64,000 nucleotides of DNA from contig CAWDRG010000015.1 of assembly GCA_963804645.1 (NCBI GenBank), forward strand, positions 416,001-480,000, given 5' to 3'. The notes beneath the pieces were generated by a model that saw nothing but the letters and a program-made list of their open reading frames with translations, ran no database searches and was not told the DNA's origin. Source of the DNA: an uncultured Bacillota bacterium. Lineage in GTDB: Bacteria > Sysuimicrobiota > Sysuimicrobiia > Sysuimicrobiales > Segetimicrobiaceae. The position numbers and the translations under genes are program-made. Of the stretch, positions 28,384 to 39,318 are shown one piece after another (positions within the stretch are counted from its first letter, which is position 1; every line of letters begins with the position of its first letter).

Positions 28384-30333
28384 TCATGTGGCATCAAGCA
28401 GCTCCGTGAGCGCCGCCCGCAGGTCGACCGGGACCACAGCGACTCGTGCGCGTTTGGCTTCTACCGCTGCCCGGCCGACGAAGACCAGGCTGGCGAGTCG
28501 CAGGCGACCCAGCGAGCTTGCCGGCGGGTCGTCGCCCCAGAAGTAGCCGTCGTCCTCGTCGCTGCCGAACCGGCGGGTGATTGTTCCCACTCGCGCCCAC
28601 CCGCCCCGCTGCAAGAGCAGCCTGAGCAGCATTTTGCCCTGGCCGTCGTGGTCCAAACCGGCCAGTACACGTAGGGCCGCCGCGGGGTCGCTCACAATGA
28701 CGCGGGCGACCTGACGGGCTCGGTCGCGACGGAGGCGGGCAGGCGATCGGACGGAGTAGAGTCTGCAGGCAGCGTCCAGCCACTCGGCCGGAATTCGGTC
28801 GAGCGCGCGCGGCAGAGTGAGCGTCTGCGGTGAGATGGGACGCTCGTCGACCTGCCGGCGGTACTCCTCTTCGGCCCGCTCCATGAGGTACTCCGGCAGC
28901 AAATGGGGCTCCAGGCGGTCGGTCATCGCCGTCAGTTTCTCGGCCAGCCCCGGCGGCAGGTCGTCGGTATCGATGGCTTCGAGATGCCGCCGCGCAGTCG
29001 TATAATCGCCCTCTTCGGTACACACGCCGGCCAAATTGAACAGGACCACTGGATGGTCGGGGAGCACCCCCTGCAGCAGTTCGAGAAGACTCCGTGCTTC
29101 CTTGCGTTCGCCCTGCGTTCGCAGGATGTTGGCATATGCCACTGCGGCGGCGGCGTAGAGCCGGTCGCCATGGACCAGTGGCTCCAGAATCCGGCGTGCG
29201 TCACGCAGCCGGCCGGCGTCGCGGTGCGCGAGCGCCTCGCGATAGCGCGCCTCCAATTCCGGGTCCGGCTCCGTCACGAGTTCCACCCGCTTGAGGGCCA
29301 CCTGCATGGAGCGGCCTTCGATCAGCATCGTGACGGGCGCGTCAATGGCGATGGCGCCGGATCTGTGCAGACCTTCGAGGGCGGCCATTTTCCACGGCGT
29401 CGGCGCGCGCGAAGCGGCGAACAGCGAGTGCGCCAAGCGCTCGCCCCATTCGCCACCGCCGCCGACCAGCGCACCAATCATGGCCGCCCTGCTCTCGACC
29501 GTCGATCCGGCCATCGGGGCATCCGGGACGAAGAGGTTGTAGAGCAGCACGAGAAGGTTCGCCGGGTCCGCGATGATCCGAGCCGCCACGTCCTCGGGCG
29601 GTGCCGAGTTGACGTCCCCGACCGCCCGCGAAAAATCCTCCTCGCTGGGCGTGGCATACGGAAGGCGGAACGGCGGTACCATTCCGAGGTCGCACAGCTC
29701 GGCGACCCCGGCGTACGCCTCGAGCATCCGCCACTTTGGGTGACGGACTCGCCGCCAGACTCGCCCGGCCTGCTCGAACCTGCCGAGGTTGAAGAGCGCG
29801 GTGCCGGCAAAGAAGCCGCACAAGGGAAGGACATGCCACTGCTGCCACCGCTGAAAGAGCGTCCATACCTGCCGGTCGTCGCCGATGTCGCCGGCCGCCT
29901 GGAGAATGATGGCGGTGTACTCGGCCACATTCACGAGCTCGCTGCCCAGCTGGCCGCCGAATCCCTCGACGACGTCTTCGAAATGGCGGATCGCGGCATC
30001 CAGGTGGTGACGGGCGAGGGCCGCAAAACCGAGGCTGGAGTGACAGCGCGCCGCGAGCGCATGCGCGTACGGCTGCGGGGCCGAATCCTCGAGGTTGGGG
30101 GCGAGGGTCTCGAGCGCTGCGGTAGGGTCGTTCCGATGTTCGAGTTGGATCAGCGCGAGGTTGTTGAGGGCAGCCGGTACGGCGCACGCTTCGACGGCCT
30201 TCTCGAAATACTCGGCGGCCTTCGCCAGATCTCCGCTCGCGGCGAAGCCGCGGCCCTCGTCAAGCAGGCGCTCGGCCTCGGCCACCGCGTTCACGTCGTG
30301 CAGGCCGTCCTCGAATCCAAGGTGCCCTTGCAC
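28384..30333 (-). CDS. Tetratricopeptide-repeat protein with uncharacterised C-terminal domain
   Basis: TPR-like helices (AAEYFEKAV, ALNNLA, VLFNLA); GTG 30333 with GGAGG RBS inside ORF 28384..30786. Confidence 0.8.
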   Translation of the reverse strand: MQGHLGFEDGLHDVNAVAEAERLLDEGRGFAASGDLAKAAEYFEKAVEACAVPAALNNLALIQLEHRNDPTAALETLAPNLEDSAPQPYAHALAARCHSSLGFAALARHHLDAAIRHFEDVVEGFGGQLGSELVNVAEYTAIILQAAGDIGDDRQVWTLFQRWQQWHVLPLCGFFAGTALFNLGRFEQAGRVWRRVRHPKWRMLEAYAGVAELCDLGMVPPFRLPYATPSEEDFSRAVGDVNSAPPEDVAARIIADPANLLVLLYNLFVPDAPMAGSTVESRAAMIGALVGGGGEWGERLAHSLFAASRAPTPWKMAALEGLHRSGAIAIDAPVTMLIEGRSMQVALKRVELVTEPDPELEARYREALAHRDAGRLRDARRILEPLVHGDRLYAAAAVAYANILRTQGERKEARSLLELLQGVLPDHPVVLFNLAGVCTEEGDYTTARRHLEAIDTDDLPPGLAEKLTAMTDRLEPHLLPEYLMERAEEEYRRQVDERPISPQTLTLPRALDRIPAEWLDAACRLYSVRSPARLRRDRARQVARVIVSDPAAALRVLAGLDHDGQGKMLLRLLLQRGGWARVGTITRRFGSDEDDGYFWGDDPPASSLGRLRLASLVFVGRAAVEAKRARVAVVPVDLRAALTELLDAT

Positions 30334-30653
30334 GGTGAGGCCTCCCAGGAACGCATGTGTCGCGCTTTTGCGGCGGTTCTGTGGATTACCTTGTGGGCAA
30401 CCGGTGAGTTGCAGATATCGCCGTGTCCAATGCTGTTGGGCACCTGTGACGCATGCGCGCGCTCGGGTCGTTGGCGGTTCTTCCCCTCTTGGGCAGCGCG
30501 CGGGTGGGCAGTGTGAGTATCGCGCTGGTGTGCTCAACGAATAGGGGCTTTCCCCAATCGTGAGCATTACGCCTTCGTGTCCCCCGCGAATCGTCGCGCG
30601 ACATCGCTCATCGGAGTCCTCGGCGTGCCAGCGAAGTAGCCTCTTTTCGTCGG

Positions 30654-30940
30654 TCAGTCCAGCCTGTATTCCCAGTAGGGACGCCAGTGGAACGGTGTTT
30701 GGATTACTTCGGGGAGCGCCTTTCCTTCGAGCAGGACCTGAAGGCTCCACTTCGTCGCGCGGTGGCCAATGATCAACGGCCGGCACGTGGAACCACTGTC
30801 TTTGATCTCCCGCAGGAACGCCTCCACCATGGCCACCCGCTGCTGGTAGCTTTCGCCGTTCGGGAATGGCACCACGATGTGCCTAATTCGAAGCGGCTCA
30901 ATATCGTCAACCCTCATGCCGGCGCAATCGCCATAGTGGA
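30654..30940 (-). pseudogene. Histidine phosphatase C-terminal fragment
   Basis: HYGD, PFPNGESY, LIIGHRAT; N-terminal RHG motif absent. Confidence 0.65.
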
Positions 30941-30941
30941 A

Positions 30942-31169
30942 GCAGCTGGTGGAGGCCTCCGGGAAAACCCAGAAGGTCATCGCCAAGACGGCCCAAGTGC
31001 CGGAGCCGAATCTCACCAAGATAAGCGTGGGGAGATAGTACCGACTCTCGACACGATTGCGCGCTTGACGCGAGCGGCACTTGGGGCCGGTTTGGAGGTT
31101 CGCGTTGTGCGGCCGAGATCCCCAAGGAGGAAGGTCGGTAAGGTTGACCCGATTGTGCTGAACGCGTAG
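30942..31169 (+). pseudogene. XRE-type HTH fragment
   Basis: SGKTQKVIAKTAQVPEPNLTKI / RGEIVPTLDTIARL across a frameshift near 31025. Confidence 0.5.
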
Positions 31170-31394
31170 CCACGGAAGATACCCATCCGTCCCGTGCCGC
31201 TGCTGGCCACCCAGGAGAGTGTGGTGGGAGGAGTTGGGCGGTCGGAGGAGTGCATCGCCTAAGATCCGGAGACACCTCCGTATCGGCGGTCTCCTGGAAT
31301 TAGACAAATGGTATGCGGCGAATTATACTGTTTGTGTGCACAATTTTAGAACGATGATATGCGCTAACCTATCCAAAATATATGCAGGAGTTTC

Positions 31395-31700
31395 ATGGTG
31401 ACTAAATCGAGGGGTACACGGCTTCCTTCCTCGCAGAGCCCCCGCGAAGTCGGCGTGTCCTGGTGGCGGCGTAGTGCTGAGAACCAGCGTTACGTCGTAG
31501 CATCCAGTGAACAGCCCGGTGGTGCAGCGAGTCGGTTTCTCCGTCAAGAAGGATATGTGGTTGAGGTTGCTGGCGGCAAGGTGTGGATCCTAAAGACGCC
31601 CGATCGGGACGACGTTCGAGAGCTGTGTCTCGCTAACTACTGGTCCATCGTTCGGCTGATACTAGAGCAATACGTGCCGGCGATCGTCAACCGCTGCCAG
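31395..31700 (+). pseudogene. Truncated gene, possibly the N-terminus of a Fic-family protein
   Basis: Good RBS and start; FLRQEGYVVEV.G..WI....D...L.NYWSIV pattern; sequence character changes near 31700. Confidence 0.3.
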
Positions 31701-31762
31701 TACGTCCTCAACGGGCGCAGATCCAAGCACCGAGATGAGAATTGCGCCACCCGCGGCGTGAC

Positions 31763-33224
31763 GTGTTGATCGCGGGGAAGAAGGACAAACTGCCTCACTT
31801 CACGTGCAGTCTTTCGCAACAGCCGACGTCATTTGTGCACTTTTGGGAGCACACCGTTGGGAGTGGACATGCCCCGCTCGCGTTGCGCGCTGATTGGCAA
31901 CGGCAACTGCTCCGCTGCCACACCGAATTGGGATTTCGTTACGTGCGCTTTCACGCGCTTCTGTCGGACGAAATGGGCACCCTCGTCGATGAAAACAATA
32001 CATTGCTCCATTCCTTTTTTAATGCCGATCAGATCATGGATTTCCTCGTCTCAATCGGGATGCGTCCATTTGTCGAGCTGAGTTTCATGCCCGAGACGCT
32101 CGCGTCCGGATCGACAAAGGTATTCAGTTATCAGGCGAACGTCACGCCGCCAAAGAATTACCGGCAATGGTCAGCGTTGATCCACAAGCTGGTTGCGCAC
32201 TGGGTCGACCGCTTCGGGATCGACGAAGTGCGTGAGTGGTTCTTTGAAGTGTGGAACGAGCCGAACCTGAAAGCGTTCTGGACGGGCACGCAGCAAGAGT
32301 ATTTCAAGCTCTACAAGGTCACGGCTGAGGCGATCAAAGGGATCGACGCACTGCTCCAAGTGGGCGGCCCAGCTACGGCGAACAACGCGTGGATCCCGGA
32401 GCTGTTGGATTTCTGCCAGCAGCATCGTCTGCCCATCGATTTCATCAGTACCCACCATTATCCGACTGACGCGTTTGGGGAGATTGGGGCGAACACTACC
32501 ACGCAACTGCAACATGCCCCGCCGAGCATCCTGCGTGATGATGCGCGGCACGTTCGCGATCAAAGCCGAGGCCTACCGGTGTATTACACGGAGTGGAATA
32601 TCTCATCAAATCCCCGCGATCCGTTTCACGACGAACCCTTCGCTGCCGCCTACGTCACGAAAATCATCATGCAGGCAACGGGCCTGGTGCGCGGCTACAG
32701 TTTTTGGACCTTCAGCGATATTTTCAGCGAGAACTATTTTCCGTCCGTTCCCTTTCATGGCGGCTTCGGACTGCTGAACATTCACGGGATTGCCAAACCC
32801 ACGTATCGAGCCTTCCAAATCTTGCACGCGTCTGGGCACGGATTTGCTCGCGGTAGAGGGCAGTTGCGGGACAGTCGACGCGTGGGCGGTTCGCAAAGCG
32901 CATGCGGTCGCCATCCTGCTCACGAACCACGCGATGCCGCGCCACTCAATTCATACGCAGGAGGTCAGCGTTCGTGTCACCAGCGCGCAGAAGCCACGCT
33001 TGTGTTATGTGGAGAGAATCGACGACGACCACGCGAATCCGCGCCGTCACTGGGAGGCCATGGGCAAGCCCACTTACTTGAGTGCAAAACAATTGGATGA
33101 GTTGCAGCACGCGTCATTGGTCCGCAAAGATCCGCAATCCTGGAGATACAGTCATCAAAGTGTCGATCTCAAAATCACCCTGCCGCCTCACAGTGTTGCG
33201 GCGGTCACGATGGAATTTGCCTAA
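31763..33224 (+). CDS. GH39 beta-xylosidase-like glycoside hydrolase, frameshifted near 32828
   Basis: GFRYVRFH, RPFVELSFMP, FEVWNEPN (acid/base), YTEWN (nucleophile), FHGGFGL; C-terminus in ORF 32790..33224; start approximate. Confidence 0.9.
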
Positions 33225-33547
33225 GCGCGGGACGTACCGATGCGACAACGGCTCTGCTCCGGCTCACGCATGTCATCTGAATTGCCAGCAGGGTTAATCG
33301 GGATCCAACAAGAAATATTCGCCAACTGATCTCGCTGCGGCGAGATTCTGTACTCGTGTTGAGGGTTTTGGCGCCGGCGTGAATCGACATGGACAGCCCA
33401 GAGCCTTATTCTTCGAGCAGTAGACATGCGTGAAATCACTTCATCACTCACTATGCATTGGTCCCGCCGACCTGACCGAGAGCGTATGGTGATCATCGAG
33501 GTCGAGCCGCCGCCGCAAAAAACCGTAAGTACCGATTTGGCGCTGCC

Positions 33548-34888
33548 ATGAAAGTGCCCGTTCCCAACCCCCCGTTGCCGGTTCTTGATCCTCAGGGGAC
33601 CGATGCAGAGATGCTTGGGAGTTTGCAGCGCGCGACATTCGAATATTTTCTGAACGAAGTCAATCCGCAAACCGGGTTGATCGCAGATAAGACGCAACCG
33701 GGAGCACCTTCCAGCATCGCGGCGGTGGGCTTGGGCATCGGCGCCTATGTGGTCGGGGTTGAACGGGCATTCCTTTCACGCGCCGACGCGATCGAACGGA
33801 TCCTAGCAATTTTTCGGTTCTTTGACTCCAGTCGCCAGGGACCAGAAGCCGATGCCACGGGATACAAGGGATTCTATTACCACTTCCTCGATATGCAGAC
33901 CGGCCGACGGGCCTGGCACAGTGAATTGTCAACGATTGATACCGCGATCTTAATGGCCGGAGTGCTCACCGCCCGAAGCTACTTTACCGGTGACAGCAAA
34001 GAAGAAACCGAGATTCGTGAACTTGCCGATCGTCTCTATCGCCGCGTTGACTGGAACTGGGCGTTGGATAACGGGACGACTATTTGCCACGGGTGGAAGC
34101 CGGAGTCAGGTTTTCTCGCGTATCGATGGGATCGCGGCTATAGTGAGGCGCTAATTCTTTACACACTTGCGATCGGCTCGCCCACGTTTTCTGTCGATCC
34201 AGCAAGCTACCGAGCATGGACGTCTACGTTTGAATGGCGGAAGATCTACGGCGTCGAACAGCTCTACGCCGGACCCCTGTTTATTCATCAGATGTCCCAT
34301 CTGTGGCTGGACTTTCGCGGCATCCATGACGATTTTAATCGAAAAACCGGAATTGATTATTTCGAAAACAGCCGACGGGCCACATACGTGCAACGACAAT
34401 ATGGCATAGAAAACCCACTGGGTTTTGTCCACTACAGCAGAAATGCCTGGGGACTGACCGCGAGCGATGGACCGGGCCCGGCGGTCCGGAAGATCCATGG
34501 GGTGCAACGAACATTCTATGACTACATCGCACGAGGCGCTCCGTTTGGCCCGGATGATGGCACCATTTCACCATGGGCGGTTGTGGCATCTCTCCCGTTC
34601 GCACCTGAGATTGTGATCGACACGATTCGTCACGCGATCGAACGCCTCAATTTAAGAGACCCTCGGTTATATGGGTTTGATGCGAGCTATAATCCGACGT
34701 ATCCGGAACGAGGCAGAAATCCGTACGGTTGGGTGTCGCCGTGGAGATTTGGCTTGAACCAAGGTCCGATTGTCCTCATGATCGAGAATTTTTACTCGGA
34801 GTGCATTTGGAAGATCATCCGGGAATGTCCGTACATCGTGGATGGCTTACGTCGCGCTGGCTTTCGCGACGGTTGGCTTGACAGTTAA
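33548..34888 (+). CDS. Glucoamylase-like/GH144-type (beta-1,2-glucanase-like) glycoside hydrolase
   Basis: PSSIAAVG, GYKGFYYHFLDM, STIDTA, HGWKPE, GPLFIHQ.SH.W.DFRGI, YFENSR, WGLTASDGP, GLNQGP. Confidence 0.88.
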   Translation: MKVPVPNPPLPVLDPQGTDAEMLGSLQRATFEYFLNEVNPQTGLIADKTQPGAPSSIAAVGLGIGAYVVGVERAFLSRADAIERILAIFRFFDSSRQGPEADATGYKGFYYHFLDMQTGRRAWHSELSTIDTAILMAGVLTARSYFTGDSKEETEIRELADRLYRRVDWNWALDNGTTICHGWKPESGFLAYRWDRGYSEALILYTLAIGSPTFSVDPASYRAWTSTFEWRKIYGVEQLYAGPLFIHQMSHLWLDFRGIHDDFNRKTGIDYFENSRRATYVQRQYGIENPLGFVHYSRNAWGLTASDGPGPAVRKIHGVQRTFYDYIARGAPFGPDDGTISPWAVVASLPFAPEIVIDTIRHAIERLNLRDPRLYGFDASYNPTYPERGRNPYGWVSPWRFGLNQGPIVLMIENFYSECIWKIIRECPYIVDGLRRAGFRDGWLDS

Positions 34889-35113
34889 GTTTAGAATACC
34901 GTTTTGGGTACGATCCGAAATCTCCGCTTTGGTTCTTGACGTGCATTCGGGTTGATCCCACGGCAACACCCTTCGATAGCGGGAGAGACCGTATCCGGCG
35001 TGCGGGTCATTGCGATCGACTCCTTACCCGGGAACGGCGGCGGCCCCCTCAGCAAGACGAGGCGCCCGCCCGAGGCTCAAGCGTCCTGAGTTGCGCTCCG
35101 AACGGACGGCGTT

Positions 35114-36625
35114 TTAGAAATAGACGACCTCAAGCCTGGGCGCCTTATACTGTGTCATGCAGGCGGACGGGGTGACCGGCTTGAGTGCGGGGTTATCTCC
35201 CGCCACCCGGAGAATGAATCCGTCGTCGCCAGCATCGTGGTCGTTGGCCCAGGTCTGCACGATGGACGTGACGTCGGTCTTGATGGACGTCGCGGGGCCG
35301 TAGGCGAAGGACGCCTTTTGAGAGTGGTAGCCCCACGCGTTCAAGTTTGCCACGGTCCACCATTGTCCCGCGGCGGCGTCGGCTTCCGTTACGCACGAGT
35401 AACCGCTCGTGCGCGTGAACTTGCCGGACCGGATCACCACCGACGGACCAACGCCCATCATCAAGGTCGCCGAGTACACGCGATGTCCGGAAAGCGGCCC
35501 CAGTGGAAATGCGACGCCGCTGAGCGAGTACGCGTCGGCGTTGTTATTCGTCGTATTGTACGAGCCCAGCTTGCCGCAATCAAGAAATGAAAATGCCTGC
35601 GTGCTCGAGTGAATCTCGAAGGCGGCACCCAGCGCTCCCACTTCGAGGACGGAGCTTTGCCGGTTTACTGTCCAGTTACCGCCAGCTGTTGCGCCGCTCA
35701 GCCATGAAAAGTACGACGTAAACGTCGTGCCGAACAAGGTCTTCAAGCCAGTGAGGATCTGGTTCGGATCGATATTGAGGCCGCAGGCGTTGTTATAGTT
35801 CTGCAGGCTCACGCTCCGCGTGGTCAGGGAGGACGACTGATTGGGCGTGAGCGTCTTGACCGTCGCCGTGGAGTCGCTGGTGGCGCAGAAGCGATCGCTG
35901 GGCCGGGATTCGAGCGTACCGGAATAGGCCTCGACCACATAGCAGCGCCCCGCAAACGGTCCCTGTGACTTGGACAGCCCCACGAACCTGGCAGCTGCCC
36001 CGTTTGAAACGGTAGCGACGAGGGTGTGCTGGCCGCCGTCGACCCGATAGACCTTGTAGCCGTTGAGCGTCGTGGCATCGTCGTTCCACGCCAGCATGAT
36101 CCCGCCGCTGCGGATCAGGCCATCGCAAATCAACGGACCGGCGATCGGCGGCGGGACGGTACCGCACCCCTTCCTGCTCGTGATTTCGTGCACGTCGTGC
36201 GGCGCTGCAAGCGAGAAGCATGATACCTTGATGGACGCCTGCTTGACGGGCCCGCCAGGCTCGACCGCCGTTACCGCGATGTAGTCGTTGGGGCCGGTCA
36301 GCACCGGAACAGGGACGGCGTAGGTTGCTTTTGCCACTCCCGAAGCCGGCATCGTGGCCGTGACGGGCGTACCCAAGATGTCGGCAGGCGGCTTGCCGTT
36401 GAACGCCGTTGTGTACGTGACGGTGAGGGGCTGTCCGGGCGTTCCGTGGGCGGTCCCGGTGACGTGAACGGTGCCGGGGCATCGAACGTTCCGGTTATCC
36501 GTCGAGGTCAACGTGACCCTCGTAATTGCAGCCGAGGCCGGCTGCGCTATGGCAGCAACGCCGAGGGCGACGACGGCCGCCAAGCTGCACATGCGCCGCA
36601 GAGAAGGTTCCATCAAGGCCTCCAC
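35114..36625 (-). CDS. Secreted multidomain beta-rich protein (Fn3-like middle, DNRLRE-like C-terminus)
   Basis: Signal peptide ending QPASA; LAWNDD...GYKVYR; DVTSIVQTWA...GFILR...PRLEVVY. Confidence 0.7.
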   Translation of the reverse strand: MEALMEPSLRRMCSLAAVVALGVAAIAQPASAAITRVTLTSTDNRNVRCPGTVHVTGTAHGTPGQPLTVTYTTAFNGKPPADILGTPVTATMPASGVAKATYAVPVPVLTGPNDYIAVTAVEPGGPVKQASIKVSCFSLAAPHDVHEITSRKGCGTVPPPIAGPLICDGLIRSGGIMLAWNDDATTLNGYKVYRVDGGQHTLVATVSNGAAARFVGLSKSQGPFAGRCYVVEAYSGTLESRPSDRFCATSDSTATVKTLTPNQSSSLTTRSVSLQNYNNACGLNIDPNQILTGLKTLFGTTFTSYFSWLSGATAGGNWTVNRQSSVLEVGALGAAFEIHSSTQAFSFLDCGKLGSYNTTNNNADAYSLSGVAFPLGPLSGHRVYSATLMMGVGPSVVIRSGKFTRTSGYSCVTEADAAAGQWWTVANLNAWGYHSQKASFAYGPATSIKTDVTSIVQTWANDHDAGDDGFILRVAGDNPALKPVTPSACMTQYKAPRLEVVYF

Positions 36626-36852
36626 CTGTGATTGAAGTCAAGTCGAAACGAGTGTTCGTCGTCGACTCATCGCGCCCTCCATTCCCCATGGTTGTTCAGG
36701 CGGGAGCGAGTGAGTGGTGAGGACACGTCTTCCCTTCGCGCGACTCGGGGATTGCGAGTTCCGCGCGGATGAACACCCGTGCGTATCCTCGTCGTGGACC
36801 TCTTCGGGGGCTGCGCTCAAACTGACAAGGTTGTCGGCGCACACCGCGAGCG

Positions 36853-37312
36853 CGTCCCGGTTTGTCACTTCCTCGGGGGTTTCCAGGAGCATCAGGGTAT
36901 TGAGTGACGTGGTGGCTCGGTAGTAGGGGCGGCCGATCCGGCCTCTCGTAGGCTCAAGGCGTAACGGACCGAGGGTTCCTGAGGATCGGTCCGGACCGGC
37001 CGAGGTTTCGCTCGAGAATCTCTTTGAATTGACCGAGGCGTTGCTCGAGCCATTCCACCGGTCGCGCTTGGAAGACTTTGTCCCGACTGTGGCGCAATCC
37101 GTGAAGGGTCGTTGAGCGAGGTCACTTTGCGTTCGGTGTCTTCCAGGGCCTGCGCGACGCTGCGGCTGCCGCGGCCCTCGCCGATGAAATCGATAAAGTT
37201 CGCCAGCCGCCGTTCTTCGGCGTGGAGTTCGGTCTCCTTCAGCCGGATGGCGTCCGGGACATGCGCATACAGTTTGGCGACTTCCTCCTCAACACGCCGG
37301 AGGGTGTACTGG
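36853..37312. repeat. Direct repeat copy 2 (orphan 3' fragment of the same serine recombinase gene)
   Basis: Near-identical to 25458..25923; encodes QYTLRRVEEEVAKLYAHVPDAIRLKETELHAEERRLANF on the minus strand. Confidence 0.95.
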
Positions 37313-37382
37313 GGCACGGCCTCTTTTCCGCTCCCTTATAATGGGACAAGAATACGGTTGTGTTTTTGTGAGGTGAAGGGCC

Positions 37383-38437
37383 TTGGATGAATACATCGTG
37401 GGCCTCGGTGAGTCGTGCTCTGATTCCAGCAGCGGAATAGCATGGGGAACCTCACGCCCTCCGCTCGCCTCGGTCATCGTCGCAACGTACAATCGCGCGA
37501 AGGAACTTGGTGTGACGCTGGAAACGCTGCTCACACAAGAGACCGACTTCCCATACGAAGTCATCGTTGTGGACAACAATTCGTCCGATGACACCAAGGC
37601 GCTGACCACTGGCCTGGAGCAGAGAGACGGGCGTGTCCACTATCTCTTTGCCCCACGCCGGGACTGTCCAACGCTCGGAACGCCGGTGTCTCGGCCGCGC
37701 GTGGGGAGATACTTGTCTTTGCGGACGACGACATCACGGCCCCTCCTCATTGGCTCGCGGGGATCGTAGCGACGTACCGGAATCTTGATGACGCGTGGTG
37801 CGTCGGCGGAAAGATCGTGCTGGCGCTGCCAGAACGAGGACTTCCGGATTGGTTCGATTCTCGATTAGGATGGGTTCTGTCGGGGCTTGACCTCGGTGAC
37901 AAGGTGGTAAAGCGTCAGTATCCCAACGATGTCTGGGGAGCCAACTTTTCAGTGAAACGCGACGCTTTGCGTAGGGTGGGCCTGTTCAACCCTAACCTCG
38001 GTTCCCGGGGGGAGCGGAAGATGGCCGCTGAGGAGACTGAATTAGTGTGGCGGATTCAGAGAGCAGGAGGCTCGGTCTACTATTGCGCCGATGCGGTGGT
38101 CATGCATCGGGTACCCAGTTCACGGTTCACGAAGAGATTCTTCCGGCGCACAGTTTACTGGCGAGGCAGGGCGTATGGACTGCTGCGGTTCAACGACGCC
38201 CAGTACACTTGGCGCAGGTTGGTCGCTAGAGTGGCACTAGTCGTAAAGACTTGGATCAGGTCGCGACTTCTCCTTGCTCGGGTGGACGACACACTTGCCT
38301 TTCACGAAGAACTTTTGCTGTGGTGGAACATCGGCCATGTTCATCAGCGCTTGTTACGAGAACGATTGGGTCAAGCACCGGTCCTAAAAGAGGTACCCAC
38401 CGCACCGGGAAGCGTCCAGCCTGGGGCAGCGATCTGA
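37383..38437 (+). CDS. Family 2 glycosyltransferase, frameshifted near 37660
   Basis: SVIVATYNR, EVIVVDNNSSDDT, then LSNARNAG, FADDD, WGANFS, EETEL in the next frame. Confidence 0.88.
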
Positions 38438-38453
38438 GTTTGCATCAAGACCG

Positions 38454-38849
38454 ATGCTGACTTCCGTTCGTCGTTCGGTAATTGGGGAACTCAGGGCCGC
38501 AATGCAGGCGGTTGCCGACGTATTTGCATGGATCGCTCGTGAGCACGAAACTCAAGGGGCGGCCATTGAAGGGAAGTGGACCAACGACGGAGACGTCACC
38601 GCCGCCGCTGAGGGTCGGCTTCGCTCGCACTATTTGGGCCTCTATCTTCGGGTCGACGGCAACGACGTGTCGGGCATTGTGCAGTCTCGCGCCCTCAACT
38701 CCGGAGCGACGCTACACAACGGGTTCCTCAAGGGACGGCGACAGTGGGGACGTATCTCCGCGTCCATGGTTCGACAAGAGCGGTTGGTCACCTACGGTCT
38801 TGCTGCGTTGCGCTTGCGCGGTCGCAAGCTGAAACGATTGCTTGAATAG
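38454..38849 (+). CDS. Hypothetical protein
   Basis: 131-aa ORF directly after the GT2 gene with plausible composition; no recognised motif. Confidence 0.4.
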   Translation: MLTSVRRSVIGELRAAMQAVADVFAWIAREHETQGAAIEGKWTNDGDVTAAAEGRLRSHYLGLYLRVDGNDVSGIVQSRALNSGATLHNGFLKGRRQWGRISASMVRQERLVTYGLAALRLRGRKLKRLLE

Positions 38850-39318
38850 CGCCTCGTGGACGGCACTGCAGATCACCGGCCCAAAGCGACGGTGCTGTGG
38901 AAATACGATCCCGATGCTGTCAGATGGGTGCAGGAAACGATCCCCGGCCTTACAGGTTTTCCCGCGCGCTTGTAGGTAGGCTGGAAAACCACAGTGAAGT
39001 TGCTTGGCCGCGAATGGACGCCCGAGGAGGCGGAACGTCAGCACCCCGCTTGGTACGCTGCGCTGACCGATGAATGATCGCGCTCTGGCTCCACGTAACG
39101 AACGAGCTTCGCCTCGCAGAAGTCAAAAGGACGGGGGCCGAAGTGGATGATAGTGTCCTGGGATGGCCCCCAAGGGCTAGGAGGAAGAATGACAAACTTC
39201 GCCATCGCAGCCCTCAGGGGGTACAGCGCCTTGCGAGGCTGGAGTGAGCATGGCGAAAGCTTTGGGCGGAGGGCAGTGAGCCTGGACATCGATTCTAAGA
39301 GTCTTGCGGAAAGCAAGT

